Origin: Paramecium tetraurelia
Lineage: Eukaryota
Direction of reading: 5' to 3'
Assembly: GCA_000165425.1 (NCBI GenBank)
Contig: CT868064.1
Span: 62,001-126,000, forward strand
DNA length: 64,000 nt
Numbering within the stretch: position 1 is the stretch's first letter; every line of letters begins with the position of its first letter. The position numbers and the translations under genes were made by a program. A model generated the notes under the pieces. It saw nothing but the letters and a program-made list of their open reading frames with translations, did not search any database and was not told where the DNA came from. Shown here piece after piece: positions 27,801 through 40,989 of this stretch.

Positions 27801-29174
27801 GTAATAGTTAATACTGACTTTGATGCTGTCAATTCTCCAGATAAAAATCTTAACTTGCCACTAGATAAAGTAAATCTTCTGGCATCAACTTAAGTAACAT
27901 AAATCAGTTCCTATAAGTACTAATTGATTAAGAGTCCTTAAATTCCTTCAAGAACTTCCTTGTGAATCAAATCATGAGTTTATATGTTGATTAAGAATGT
28001 TTTTCCCTTATTTTATATTATCAATAATTCTTATGATATCTTCAATAAAGTAGAATAAACTGGAATAAAATCTAAGGAATATGAACTCTTGAAATTTCTA
28101 TTCTCATAAATTTCTGCTCTACTGTTTGTAAATAACACTCCGATTACTTCTTAAATAGAGCCATCCTGAGATATAAAATGACCAACATCAAATTCTCTTA
28201 CATCATTTACTAATTCTATCTTGTCTACTAAGCTGAAGCCATACCATTAATCCATCTATAATATTATGATGCCATCAAATGCAGTTAAGATGTAAATTTT
28301 TCCGTCTGAAAATACCTCAAAATCAATCAAACTGAACTCGTAATCGAAAGGTTCATCAACTTCTAATAATGTTCCTATGATGAATGAATTTAATGAATCG
28401 ATTAATTTCTATGTTGATGCGTTAAAAATCTCAATTACTGAATTTTTTTTCAGATCTGATCCAGTGGCATAAGCTGGAGTTGATCGGAAAAGCATTTTAA
28501 CTTGACTTTTCTTGCTATCAACAAAAGTGATCATTCTAGTGATTCTTTTTGTGATTATGTTTTATACGTCAAAATTAGTATTTGTGACATTTTTAACAGA
28601 ACCTGATTTATCAACAATAAAGAAATAATTTTGAATAGGATTCTATCCTCCATTGTAGCAATCGGCCAAAAACTAAGTCTCATTCAAATATTCCAAATTT
28701 AAGCATTAAATATCTTAATTCAAGGAAAAAACAATTTTTTTATTAAAATATGGTGGTTTAAAATCTCCTTGTAATCTAATTTATAATTCAAAAAAGCATA
28801 CCCTTCAGCATAATAAATTGACAATTGGTTTAAATTTTTCTCCAAAAAGGCAAAGTGGTTTAGCCAAACGTTTTAGCTTTATTCTGTTCTTGCTTAGATG
28901 GCAACAATTTTTGATATACCTAAGAATTAATGAAAATTATACCTTCAATGAGTAATTTTGGTGCATATTCTTGATGTAGAGGTTTCTTTATGGTAAAGAA
29001 GGATTGCTTTGGTGAAAGAGTGTAATTCAGGTAGGATCCTGAAAATAGGTCTTTTAGATTCCATTCAAAGGTTTCCTATGTTGAAAAGTAGGCTTTTATT
29101 TATTCTTGCTTGACAGAGCAAGGCTCTAGCGCTAATCCCAAGTATACTATGGGTAATAGAACCAATATTAACAT
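24880..29174 (-). CDS. Large secreted/surface protein (~1400 aa), probable beta-rich repeats
   Basis: Signal peptide MLILVLLPIVYLGLALEPC and repeated F-S-G-x-x-L/I-x-Y motifs (LFSGSYLNYTL, VSGPNIRY). Introns near 28920-28941 and 25133-25157; ends NQRIE-TGA with no C-terminal TM helix. Confidence 0.75.
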
Positions 29175-30826
29175 TTTATTAAATTATACCTAAAAAGGAG
29201 GTCGTAATATATTTATATCACTTTTAATGCGTCATTATGAAATATAGAATTAAATAAACCTATAGATCACAAATTAATTTTAGTAGACTTAAATAAAAAT
29301 AAAATTTTAATGTCTTGACCTTCTGTTGGGTTCTATAGACATTAGAATCTTATTTTTTTCATTAAAACTTTATAATAATTTTTATTTTAATATTGAATTT
29401 TTAGATTTTTATTTGAGGAATTTTTTCATTAGATTAATCTAATAAACCCTTATTTTATTTAATAAGAGCCAATCAAACTCATCGTTATTTATTAATATCC
29501 ATTTTCTCTCCCCTAATATTATAGAAAAGAATAAAATAATTATATCTCAGTTAACTGTTTATAATTCAAATCGCAATCAAGATTATATTTATTTAAATAC
29601 TGCTTGAACAAATTTGTTGAAAAATACTTACATGCAAGGTTTTCAATAAATATATTTTTTTTAAAACAGAATTCAATCTATGTTACAAAGTACAAGGCCT
29701 TAATTAGTTATCATCAACAACTCACTTTCTGATTACTTATTAATTGAAAAAGTTATGGCTAACATTTTCAAAGTTGAATAACCAGAATTATATTTTAAAT
29801 ACCTTTAAATTAGTGATTGTATCATTCAAAGCATCTAGTAACACTCCTTTAAATGTAAATGATAGTATTACCTTTATTCATCCCTTTTCTAGAATATATA
29901 TAGTGAAAAATGAAGGTTAATTAATAATAATATATATATTTTTTTTTGAATAAACTAAAAAAAAGAATGAATTTATTTCAAATTCACTTTTGTAATAATT
30001 TTATTATTAATCTGAGAATCAAAATCGGTTTCAAAAATGTTAAGGAATTTTTAAGCAAATTTAAATGAAATTTAGAGTATGATTTTAAGAAGGAGAGTCA
30101 GCAAACTTAAGAAAATGCGCATCTTGAAAATTATAAAAATGGAGAATAGCAGTATAATTAGAATAATATAGATATTTTGTATTGTTGATAAAAGTAATGG
30201 GTCTAGTATATAACTTATAATTCTGCATTATATTATTTTTCTTCTTTATTCCAAAATTACTCATATGAGGAGTGCTGTTTCTTCTGAAAGTCGTAGATTT
30301 TTTTCCTAAAGAAATCTAAAATTCTTTTTGCTTGATGGTTAATTGATAATCAAGAACTTACTAGCTTTCTTCATTAGTATCATCTAGGAGTTGAGAATAG
30401 ATTACATTTAATGTTAATAACTTTGGAGATTTAAATAAGTTAATCCTATAAGTTGGTGGGTGTAATTCTTTTTGGTTGTTAATTAATCATCAATAATCTC
30501 TTGTATGTACGTATCATCTATAATGTCAAGCTTTGTTATATCAATAGGGATGACTTTTTGAATGCCCTTCGTTTTTTAATATCATTAATTGTCATATTTT
30601 TGGACATGCACAATCTCATAAAAGAGTTGCTAAGTAGGGAGATGCAAATTTTTACGTTAAATTAATAATGTGTAATTGAATGGTTACTTTGAGTTGTGCC
30701 AAATAATGGGTAGATATCAGAAGTTACTGAGTATTATCAAAATCTGTACTTAATTACCCTTATATACGCTATGGCAGAAAAGGGGATCGGATATTAAATC
30801 CGTTTTTATTTTATAATTAAATAATT

Positions 30827-33800
30827 ATGACAAACAGAGTTGCTGTCTTGCTGGCACTTGTAGGGCTTATAAGCTGTAAGAATTGAATGTTATCTTTAGT
30901 TGCCAGTGCCTCTTTGATAAATGTGCAATCATTGGCTCAGATTGACGTAGAGTCTTACGGATGTGACAAGTCAAAGCTGTATGATGCCGAAGAAGGTCTC
31001 CAGAAACTTGGTGAGGCCCTCGCTTTTGCTTAGACAGGAAAATTAGATCAAGACATCAAGGAATTGAGAGAATTGTAAATGTTAGCAAAGAAGGGAATGG
31101 AAGAACAAGTGCAGGTCTCATTTGTTTAAGTTCACAATCTTCAATACCTTTACATGTTAAAACATAAATTTGACTCCTTGGCACTTATCGAAATGCCAAA
31201 CACATTCGCTCGTCCTCATATTGATGGAATGAAATCATAGATTAACTTAGTTTTGGCAGCTACCGACACTCAAACCAGAAAAGCCTGTTGTGAGATGTTG
31301 TTCAAAATGATCGAAGTCTTACTTTTAGATCTCCTCGAATTAGAAGAAGAATGCTAGAAACCTATCACAATAAATATTGAGGGAGAAATCAGAAAAATTT
31401 AAATTATCAGAGGACACTGTGATAATACACCTACTCCAGAAAGACCAATAATCCCTCCTGTTGATCCTAAACCAATCGAACCCTAACCCAAAACTCCTAT
31501 CATAATCATCCCTCCAAAACCCAGGGATCCAACTCCAAAACCCAAAGATCCAACTACATAACCTCCTAAACCAAAGGATCCAACACCCAAGCCAGGAGAT
31601 CCAACACCTAAACCAAAGGATCCAACACCAAAGCCAGGAGATCCAACTAAACCTAAGGATCCAACACCTAAACCAAAGGATCCAACACCAAAACCAGGAG
31701 ATCCAACTAAACCTAAGGATCCAACTCCTAAGCCAAGAGACCCAACAGCTAAGCCACCTCCTAAACCAAAAACTCCAAGTCCTACACCTTAAGTTGTCAT
31801 TGATTGTGTGAAAGGAGCTAATGTTGTTGGTGATATGAGTGCAAGTTAAGATTAAGCTGTGGCTGATTCAGTGATCGAAGGCAAAGACCTTGCTGGAGCC
31901 ACCGATTATGGTTATGGTTTCTGGTTGAGATGGTTGAGCAGATATCCAGATGAATTGATCTCAGGAAGAACAAAGAATACATATTACTTTGTATCCAGAT
32001 TGACAACCAATCAAAAATTCAATGATGCAGAAATGGGAGATAGAGTTCTAGCCATCTGGCATTATGACACAGCCTTCCATTTCACAACATTAGACAAAGC
32101 ATCTCGTAATCCAAATGTAAATCAAAACGTCCCAACTGGAGACATTGAAGGATTATGGAGTTATGTCTACTACTCATATAGTGGAAGATTAAAGAAGGCC
32201 GTTGGTTTATTGAAATTCGGAGCTAGTGGAAAGGTACAATAAGTCTCATTAGATGTCACTCACGATATCCCAACATATCTGAGATTAATTGTAGGAGGTA
32301 GATAGTTTAGTTATCCTGGATTCAATGGGTAATTCACTAATCCAGTCTTCAAGATTGGTGAAGGATCTTATGTTAATTCCGAATTAGAATTATTCGATTA
32401 CAATCTTAAATGCAATCCTTATCCAAAATTAGATTGTACCGACAGAGCTAAGCAAACCTTAATCCACAAGGCTGTTAGATACAGTGTGTAAACTGCAAAA
32501 GTACAAACAGTCAAAACTAGTCTCGAAACACCATTCCCTGAAGAATACTCAGTTAGTGGTTGGTTCAAATGGAAGTAAGTAGAGAATCAAGAACCATGGC
32601 ATTTAATGTTCAGAGTGTTTTCCACAAAGGAGAATAATAATGCAAAGAATTTGGGAGATAGAGATTTGGCTGGTTGGATTGGTACTGCAAATGATGGTAT
32701 TGTCTTGTTGTCCACTTATTCATATAATAACTTATTTGGAGAAGGTAACCCAAATATCATGAATCAAATCCAACACAAGAATAGAATCAAGAATGGACAT
32801 TTGTCTACTTCGGATATTCATTTAAATAAAAGACTGCTCATTCAATCGTTCACTTCAAGGAAGCTAGAGAAGAGAGAACATTTGAGAATGTTAACCATTT
32901 CTTGGTCCAAAGACTCTCAATCAATTTGGCAAAGGATGACCATTATCCTTCTTGGAATGGTATCATCGGCAAATTCAGAATCGATTTGTGTAATGGTGCT
33001 TATGATCCTAAATTCCCAAGAACTGCAACACCAGTTCCAAGTCCATCACCATTAGGTCCAACTCCACCACCTTCAAAGACTGTTGAACCACCCCCCAAGA
33101 CTCCAACCATCAAACCACCTCCTAAACCAGTCAAACCACCCACTCCAGAAGTTGTAGTGTCACCACCTCCTCCCATCATTAAAACACCAGAAGTTATGCA
33201 AAAATGTATTGAAGGTCAAGCTGCAATCGGAGATTCTTCCTCAGCCCCAGATGTTAAACCAGTTGCTGATATCTAAGTACCAGAAGAAGCCTTAAAGGAT
33301 GTAACAGAATATGGTTATGGATTCTGGAGCAGATGGTTGACTAGACATCCAGAATAATTATTTGAAGGAATGAGTGAACCATGGTATTTCGTATCAAGAT
33401 TGACATCAAATGATCCATATGACAATATTAGAATGGGAGACAGATTGTTGGCAATCTTCTTAAGTAAAGATGGATACACATTCATCACAAATGATAAAGG
33501 AACTTCTAATCCAAATCTCTATAAGTAATAACCATACAAAGACATTGAAGGTGTTTGGACATACATTCATTTCAGTTTCAGTCCATTGAAAAAGAAGGCT
33601 GTTGCTTTTGTTCATGCTAACAAAGAAACCTCATTAATTGAATTGGCAGGAATCACACATGAAGCTCCAAAGAAATTAAGATTCATCTTGGGAGGTAATG
33701 ATCTCAAACTCTATCCTGGATTCAATGGTTAATTCACAAGACCAGTATTGAAGATCGGTCCAGGTTCATTCATTGGTTCTCCTGAAGATGTTCAAAAGTA

Positions 33801-36800
33801 TGCCTTATCATGCAACCCATTACCAGAACCAGATTGCAAGAAGGGAAGAGGAGTCAGCAATTTGATTGAATCAACAAAAGAATTTAACAAGGGAAGCGAA
33901 GTCACTTTGTTTGTTGCTGATAATGAAAGACCATTCCCAGATAATTATGCCGTTGGAGGTTGGTTCTTGTGGACACCAACAGAATAGGAAGACTGGCATT
34001 TAGCTTTCAGAGTTACAATTAATGGATAAAAACACAACAAGAACGATTAGTTATTGGGAGACAGAGATCTCACAACCTTTTTGAGCAAATCAGGTAGTTA
34101 TCACTTTGCTACCTATACCTACACTGATAACTTCGGCAAGGGAATTCCCAACAAGTACATTAATACTGAACATTAAAACAAACACACTGAATGGCATTAC
34201 ATTTACATGGCATATTCAAGAGTGTAAAAGAGAGTATTGACTATTCTAGTAACAAAAGGAGATAGACAAGTCAAATACATCGATGAAGTCAATCATTATC
34301 TTGCTCCATTGTACAAGATTTTCTTAGGAAAGGATCAATTCTACCCAGCTTATAATGGTTATTTGGCTAATGTCCAATTCTTTGCTTGTGAAGGTGCCTA
34401 TGATCCCGATTACAAACCACCTGGATAACCAGAAGTTCCTAAGTAACCTGAAGTTCCAGTTAAGCCACCTGAGCCATAAAAGGAACCAACATGTTTGAAG
34501 GGTGACACAACCATTGGGGATAGTGCTTTTGATTCATAAAAACCATTGGTAGATTTTGTGTTAGACAAACCAGAATAATTGTAAGATGTTAGAGAATATG
34601 GATATCAATTCTGGATGAGATACATGACTCGTCATCCTGTACCAATGTATCAAGGCAAAAGAGCTCCTTGGTATTTCGTTGCCAGATTATCAGGCAGAAA
34701 AGACTTTGAAGATGTTGGAAAAGGTGATAGATTATTGGCAATCTATTAAGGTTAATCAGAATATACATTTGCTACTAATGATCACAAGAATAACAACTTC
34801 AATACAATTGCTGGTCGTTTTGAATTTGGAGATATTGAAGCAGTTTGGACCTTTGTTCAATTCTCATATACTTCAGCAGGTAAGGTAGTTTCATGGATTT
34901 AATATGACAACAGTGAACCAAAGACTTTTTCAGTTGCTGTTACACATGACAAACCTGAATATTTGGAATTTGTATTAGGAGGTACACAAGGCAGTACTTA
35001 TCCAGGATTCAACGGTCAATTCACATCTGTTGTTGTCAAAGTTGGATAAGGCTCATTCATAGAAACAGCCGAATAATTCCGTAAGTTTGCCATCAATTGC
35101 AATCCTAAACCACTCCCAGTTTGTAATAAAGCTAAGGAAGTTGTGTTGATTGAAAAGTCTAAGAGATTTGAAGCTTAAAGCAGTTGAAGTTAATCGAAAT
35201 CACATCTCCAGATAGAGTAAGCATTCCCAGATGAATACTCCGTTAGTGGTTGGTTCAAATGGAGATCAACAGTCATGGAACCATGGCATTTAGCTATTCG
35301 TCTTCATCAAAATAAGGGTATGGAGAATGCCAATGCTGCCAAGTTGGGAGATAGAACCATAGGTGCATTTGTTGGAAACAATGGAAACTATGCAATCACA
35401 ACCTATACATACACTAACTTGAATGGAGAAGGTGATCCCAATAAATATGTTTAAGTGCCCTATAAGGATCAATTAGCCTAATGGCATTTCGTATTCCTCG
35501 GATACAGCAGAGCTAAGAGATAAGTTGTTGGTTTCTTGTAATGGAAGGATAGAAAGGAAAATGTTAACTTGGAAAACATCAATCATTATTTAACCAATTC
35601 AGTTTATGTGAATGTAGGAAAGGATAGATTCTACCCAGCATTTAATGGTCATATTGGTTCTTTGAAATTGCAATTGTGCAGTGGAGCATTCACACCAGTA
35701 TTCCCAGAAGATCCTTAACCACCTTAAGTACCATCTACTCCACCTCCTCCCAAACCAGTTGACCCAACAAAACCAGGTGATCCTACTAAACCAAGTGATC
35801 CAACTAAACCAGAAGATCCAGTTCAACCACCCAGACCTGCAGATCCTGAAGTTGTCAGAAAGTGTGTTAGTGGTTAAGTTTAAATTGGAGACATGCCTTC
35901 TAGTGGTGATAAAGTTGTTGACCTCAAGGTTACTGAAGACAAATTGGGAAGTGCAATTGAATACGGATATGGATTTTGGACCAGATGGCTCACAAGATGG
36001 CCAGATAATCTCATTAAAGGAGCCAGTGAACCATGGTATTTCATTTCTAGATTGACTAATAATGATCCATATGACAACATTAGAATGGGAGACAGATTAT
36101 TGGCTATTTGGTTAGGTTAAGCTGGTTATACATTCATCACCAATGATGTTGCTTCAGGCAATCCTAATCTTAATAAATAAATTCCTTATGGAGACATTGA
36201 AGGTGTTTGGACCTATATTCATTTCAGTTATAAATCAGGATAAGCTGTTGGTGCTATTAGAATTGGAGACAAGACTCAATTCACAGTTCTTGATGCCAAA
36301 CACGACTAACCTAAATTCTTAAGATTGATTGTCGGTGGTTCTGATCTCAAATAATATCCAGGATTCAATGGTCAAATCTCATCACCAATTCTTAAATTAG
36401 GTGCTGGTTCATTTGTAAATACTGAAGATGATTTCAATAAATTCGTGTTAGCATGCAATCCAAGACCTGAACCAGATTGCAAGGGTAAGACTGAAAGCAA
36501 ATTGATTGAGGGTATCAAGAAATATGAATCCGCTCAGCCAGAGTTTTATGAACATGTTAGAGACGAGAAATCTCTCTTCCCAACCATGTATGGTATTGGT
36601 GGTTGGTATAAATGGGAACCAACAAAGTAGGAACCATGGCATTTGGCATTTAGAATTACAACAAATGATTAGAAGACCAACAAGAATGCTGAAATATTGG
36701 GAGATAGAACACTTGCAGTTTGGTTAAGTGATCAATAATTGTATGCATTTGCCACATATACTTATACAAACATGTTTGGAGCTGGATAACCAAATGCAGC

Positions 36801-38703
36801 CTAAGTCATTAAACACTAAGATAAACACACTGAATGGCATTATATTACATTCTAATACAACAGAGAGACCAGAGAAGCATATGGATCCATTGTATTCAAG
36901 GATGGTAAATTAGACTTGAAATTCCCCAATACAAATCATTACTTGGTTCCAGTGTTGAGAATTTTGATAGGAAAGGATCAATTCTACCCAGCATTCAATG
37001 GATACATTGCTGATGTGACATTTGTTAATTGCCAAGATCCATACAATCCACAATTCACTCCAGGAAACCCACCTGAATTACCAAAACCACCTGTTATTCC
37101 AGTTGAACCACCTTAGCCATTCCCAGAACCTAAATGCTAGATGGGTGATGAAACTATTGTAGATTCTGCATTCGATGATGTCAAACCATTGGCTGATATT
37201 GAAGCAACTCCAGAGAATTTGAAAGACATCAGAGAATACGGATACTCATTTTGGGTTAGATATTTAAGCAGACATCCTAAACCAATGTATTAGGGCAAGA
37301 GTGAACCATGGTATTTCATGAGTAGATTGACAGTCAATAAGGAATATTAGAATGTTGAGAAGGGAGACAGATTGTTGGCCATCTGGTAAGGTCAAGGAGC
37401 ATACACATTTATTACTAATGATTATAAGACCAGTAATTGGAACGCAGCCAAAAACATTGAATATGGAGACATTGAAGGAGTTTGGACATATATTCATTTC
37501 AGTTACAGCAGTGTTACAAGTCAATCAGTTGGTTTTGTTAAGTACACAGGCAAAGAACCATAATCAGTCACATTTGATGTCACTCATGATAAACCAACAT
37601 TCTTAAGACTAGTCATAGGAGGATCAGATCTCAAATTATATCCAGCCATCAATGGTCAATTAACAAGAGCTGTCTTTAAGATTGGTGCTGGTGCTCATCT
37701 TGACAATGTTGATGAATTGAATAAGTTTGCCTTGGCTTGCAATCCTCAACCAAAAGAAGTCTGCTCCAAGGCCTTTGAATAAGTTCTCATTCAAGAATCC
37801 AAGAAGTTTGAATTAGCCAAGGCTACAGTGTTGGGAAATCCCATCTGATCCTGAAGCTGCTTTCCCATCTGAATACAGTGTCTCTGGTTGGTTCAAGTGG
37901 AAAGAGACAGCTATGGAATAATGGCATTTAGCATTCCGTCTCCACATCAATAAAGAAGAAGCAAACAAGAATGCTGAGAGATTGGGAGATAGAACTTTGG
38001 CTGCCTGGGTGTCACCTGCTCAAGATGGTATTTATGCCTTCGCCACCTACACCTACAAGAATTTGAATGGAGCTGGAGAACCAAATCTGGCCAAGGTTGT
38101 CCCACAAAAACAACAATAAACCAATTGGCATTTCATCTTCTATGGTTACAACAGAGATACCAGAAAGGTAGAGGGATACGTTCAATTCAAAGACAGAAAG
38201 GAAACCTTACTCTTCGAGAATGTCAACCATTTCTTGGTACCATAAGTCTACTTGAATATCGGTAAGGATCGTTTCTATCCTTCATGGAATGGTCACATTG
38301 GTAAATTCAGAATGAATCTATGTGGTGGAGCTTCCAGACCAGTTTTCCCCAAAGGTACTCTATTCTCATTATTATCCCTTAGATATTGATGTCCCTCCTC
38401 CCGTGACTCCAACTCCAAAACCACCAGTCTCTGAAACTAAAGAGTAATTTATATTTAATATCTTTTAGAATCTGTCTTATCAATACTAAATTGGTTGAAG
38501 TAACTAAGAATAACTTCAAAGATGTCATCAAATAACTTGAAGCTCTTGAAAACTCAGAGCCTACTGAAAAGACATGTTATTGCACTGTCCCAAGAAAAGC
38601 TTCAATGTTTATTGAATTGTATGGAGAAGAATTGTCTAATCATGTCGACAACCCAGTTATCTAAAGATTGATAGCTCAAAATCAGGTGCGTTTGAGGATA
38701 TGA
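30827..38703 (+). CDS. Giant secreted protein (~2600 aa): signal peptide, helical N-domain, Pro/Lys/Asp/Thr repeats, ten LamG/ConA-like domains in A-B pairs, C-terminal CYC..SMFIE segment; apparent indels in this sequence
   Basis: MTNRVAVLLALVGLIS. A repeats (EYGYGFW..GDRLLAIW..DIEGVWTY..YPGFNGQ) and B repeats (FP.EYSVSGWFKW..WHLAFR..LGDR..NHYL..DQFYPAFNG) alternate five times. Introns at 30876-30899, ~38355-38382 and ~38444-38468; frame breaks at ~32790, 35185-35214 and ~37834. Confidence 0.85.
31500..31790 (+). repeat. Coding tandem repeat encoding (P)KP(K/G)DPT units, with a 60-bp higher-order period
   Basis: 31621-31680 and 31681-31740 are near-identical (tccaacaccaaa(g/a)ccaggagatccaactaaacctaaggatccaac...). 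Translation PKPKDPTPKPGDPTKPKDPT. Confidence 0.9.
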
Positions 38704-38719
38704 TTTATCAAATTATGTA

Positions 38720-39361
38720 TCATTCTGCAAAAGAACATGCCTTACTCTAGTACTTCAGTTATTGGTATGTCTGGTATTTTCCCCCTTCGTTCAGATCCGG
38801 CATAAAACTCTATAATTATGGACTCGATTGTTTCTTAGGGGCACTGATATGCTTTGTGAAGTCACTCTGTCTTAACTTCATCGTTTGGGTTAATTATTAT
38901 AATTTTGTGTTGTTTGACATCATGTACTTAACACAGTCAGGCTGAGAGTATTCTCTTCCATACTATCGTAATTGAGCAGGGAATGCTGAATCCGGATGAT
39001 CTTTCCAACTCTTTAATTACACTTATCCACCATCATTAATCGTTACGAAATAATCTCGTCCTTTTCCATCCCCAAAATAATGTTGAATTCTTTAATGTTA
39101 AGGAGGAAGCAATCCCCTGCTTCGAGAACTAACCTATTAAAATACATTTTACTTAGTTGCACTCTTTGGAAATATCATCTTTGTGAAATCAGCCTTCGGA
39201 GACAAATCGAGCGAGCTAAGCATTTTTTAAGACATAAGACCACCATTTGTATGTTTTACATACTGATCCCTAATAATGATACATCAATCTTACCTTCCAG
39301 TCCCATCATTGTGATAATGAAAATGCTTGGCGTCAATCTTTGGATACTTATAATCTTGCAT
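38720..39361 (-). CDS. Small protein with two Y-x-x-DG-x-GRD-x-Y/F-x4-GG repeats
   Basis: MQDYKYPKIDAKHFHYHNDGTGRDQYVKHTNGG (intron 39270-39293) and HYFGDGKGRDYFVTINDGG; ends CSFAE-TGA. Confidence 0.78.
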
Positions 39362-40118
39362 TATTTTATTATTGTTCTTTATAAAAATAGTTTTATAATT
39401 ATATATATATATACTCAATAACTTAACATGTAATGGTCATATAAATAATCATATTAAAAATACTTCATGAATTGATTATTCAACATATATTAGAATTCAC
39501 TATTACTCAAGCATGTAATCTGAATATTTAGACTAGAGCTAAACTTTTCTCATTCCATTTTATATAGATATAATGTTGAATTAATTTCTCTTTAAATAGC
39601 TACATTATTCAATTTTCAGCTTTATTAAAATACTTAAATGTTTTGATTTTAAATTATTTGGAAATTTTGTGTTTTCCAGATAAAATACTCTCATATTCTT
39701 AAATATTATTTATAATATCCTGTATTGAATCTGCTCTCCATTAAAATAACTTTATGAGCTTTCAATAGGTGTTGTTCTCGAAACCTTTGTGACAGAGAAG
39801 GCTGAATTACATAAATCAGCTTGCTAATATATCTTTAATCATATTAGCAATCACTTATTAATAATTACAAATAATTGCCAAATCAGGTTCATCCTGCATT
39901 TCAAACTAATGAATATGTCCTATAATATTGCTAATTATTTTTTAATCAATCCATAGCTTGTTATATTTAAACATAATCTTTAAAATAGTTTTTATGTATC
40001 AAACTTTCCTTTTGAATCAATTACTCACAATTAACCAATATATATCACTTTGGGAAAATTAAACAATTCGCTAAGAATATCATTAGTTTTCATATTATTA
40101 ATATACAAAAAGGAATAA

Positions 40119-40937
40119 TCAAATTTCGTCTGTAAATTGATCGTTAATAGGTTCAAATGTATAAGATTGTAAGTGGCTGCCTTTCAATCTTAAGTATTCA
40201 TTAAAAAGTCCTCCTAGACAACCTAATACAACAATAAAAGGAGATAATAACAATTCCTCAAACAAAACAAGGTTGAATGATGTGGTTTTATTTTCGACAT
40301 CCTGAATTTAATTAATGAATATACCTCAATATCCAAAACGCTAAATATTAACCCTTAAAGAAATCCAATAGTGGTACTTATTACAATGAATGATACAATC
40401 TAATTGGGGGTTTCCATAATGGTTCTTTATTAGACTTTTTGAGTTAAACCAACTAAAAAATTGATTAGATCAACAATTAAATAGCATATAGTGGAACTCA
40501 AAGACATTCCCAAAATCACAAATAAAGGAATTTTGCTATAAAAACTCAATCCTTAATGCCTAATCATATACTACTACTTTATTACCATTCTTGATCAAAG
40601 TATAAATAGAAGCATGTAAAACCTGATAGAATTATAACAATCGCAAATGATAATACAAATTTTTGTTTTAAAGTCCATTGAGTAAAAATTCTATAATTTA
40701 CTAACATTTTAGTTTTCACCAAAATATAACAACCTGTTAATATGAATATTAATCCAAAATACTTCCTACATAACATAAATTATTTACAGCTGAAAATAAA
40801 ATATTGAATCGAATCTCAATCAATATAAAATTCCCTAGAGTTGTTGAGAAAAAAAATAAGATTGCACCAAGCACTCCAGAAATAACCAATTGAGCTTGTT
40901 CTTTTTTGGTGATTTTCCACCAAAAATTAGATTGCAT
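40119..40937 (-). CDS. Multi-pass (about 6 TM) membrane protein of unknown function
   Basis: LVISGVLGAILFFFSTTL, KIPLFVILGMSLSSTICYLIVDLIN, GLIFSVLDIED, LGCLGGLFNEYLR. Two tiny introns restore the frame. Confidence 0.75.
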
Positions 40938-40989
40938 TTAATAAAATAATCTAATTTTATTAAAACTAATTCACAAAATAATTTCTAAT

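Noticed and set aside
29950..30750. Coding-like minus-strand stretch in the long spacer
   Set aside because: It is interrupted by TGA with no clear start or motif, so there is too little support to call.
31500..31790. Short direct repeats resembling a CRISPR array
   Set aside because: There are no unique spacers; the repeats are in-frame Pro-rich codons of a eukaryotic gene.
39450..40100. Degenerate minus-strand ORF remnant
   Set aside because: Multiple TGA stops in the frames examined and no recognisable homology.
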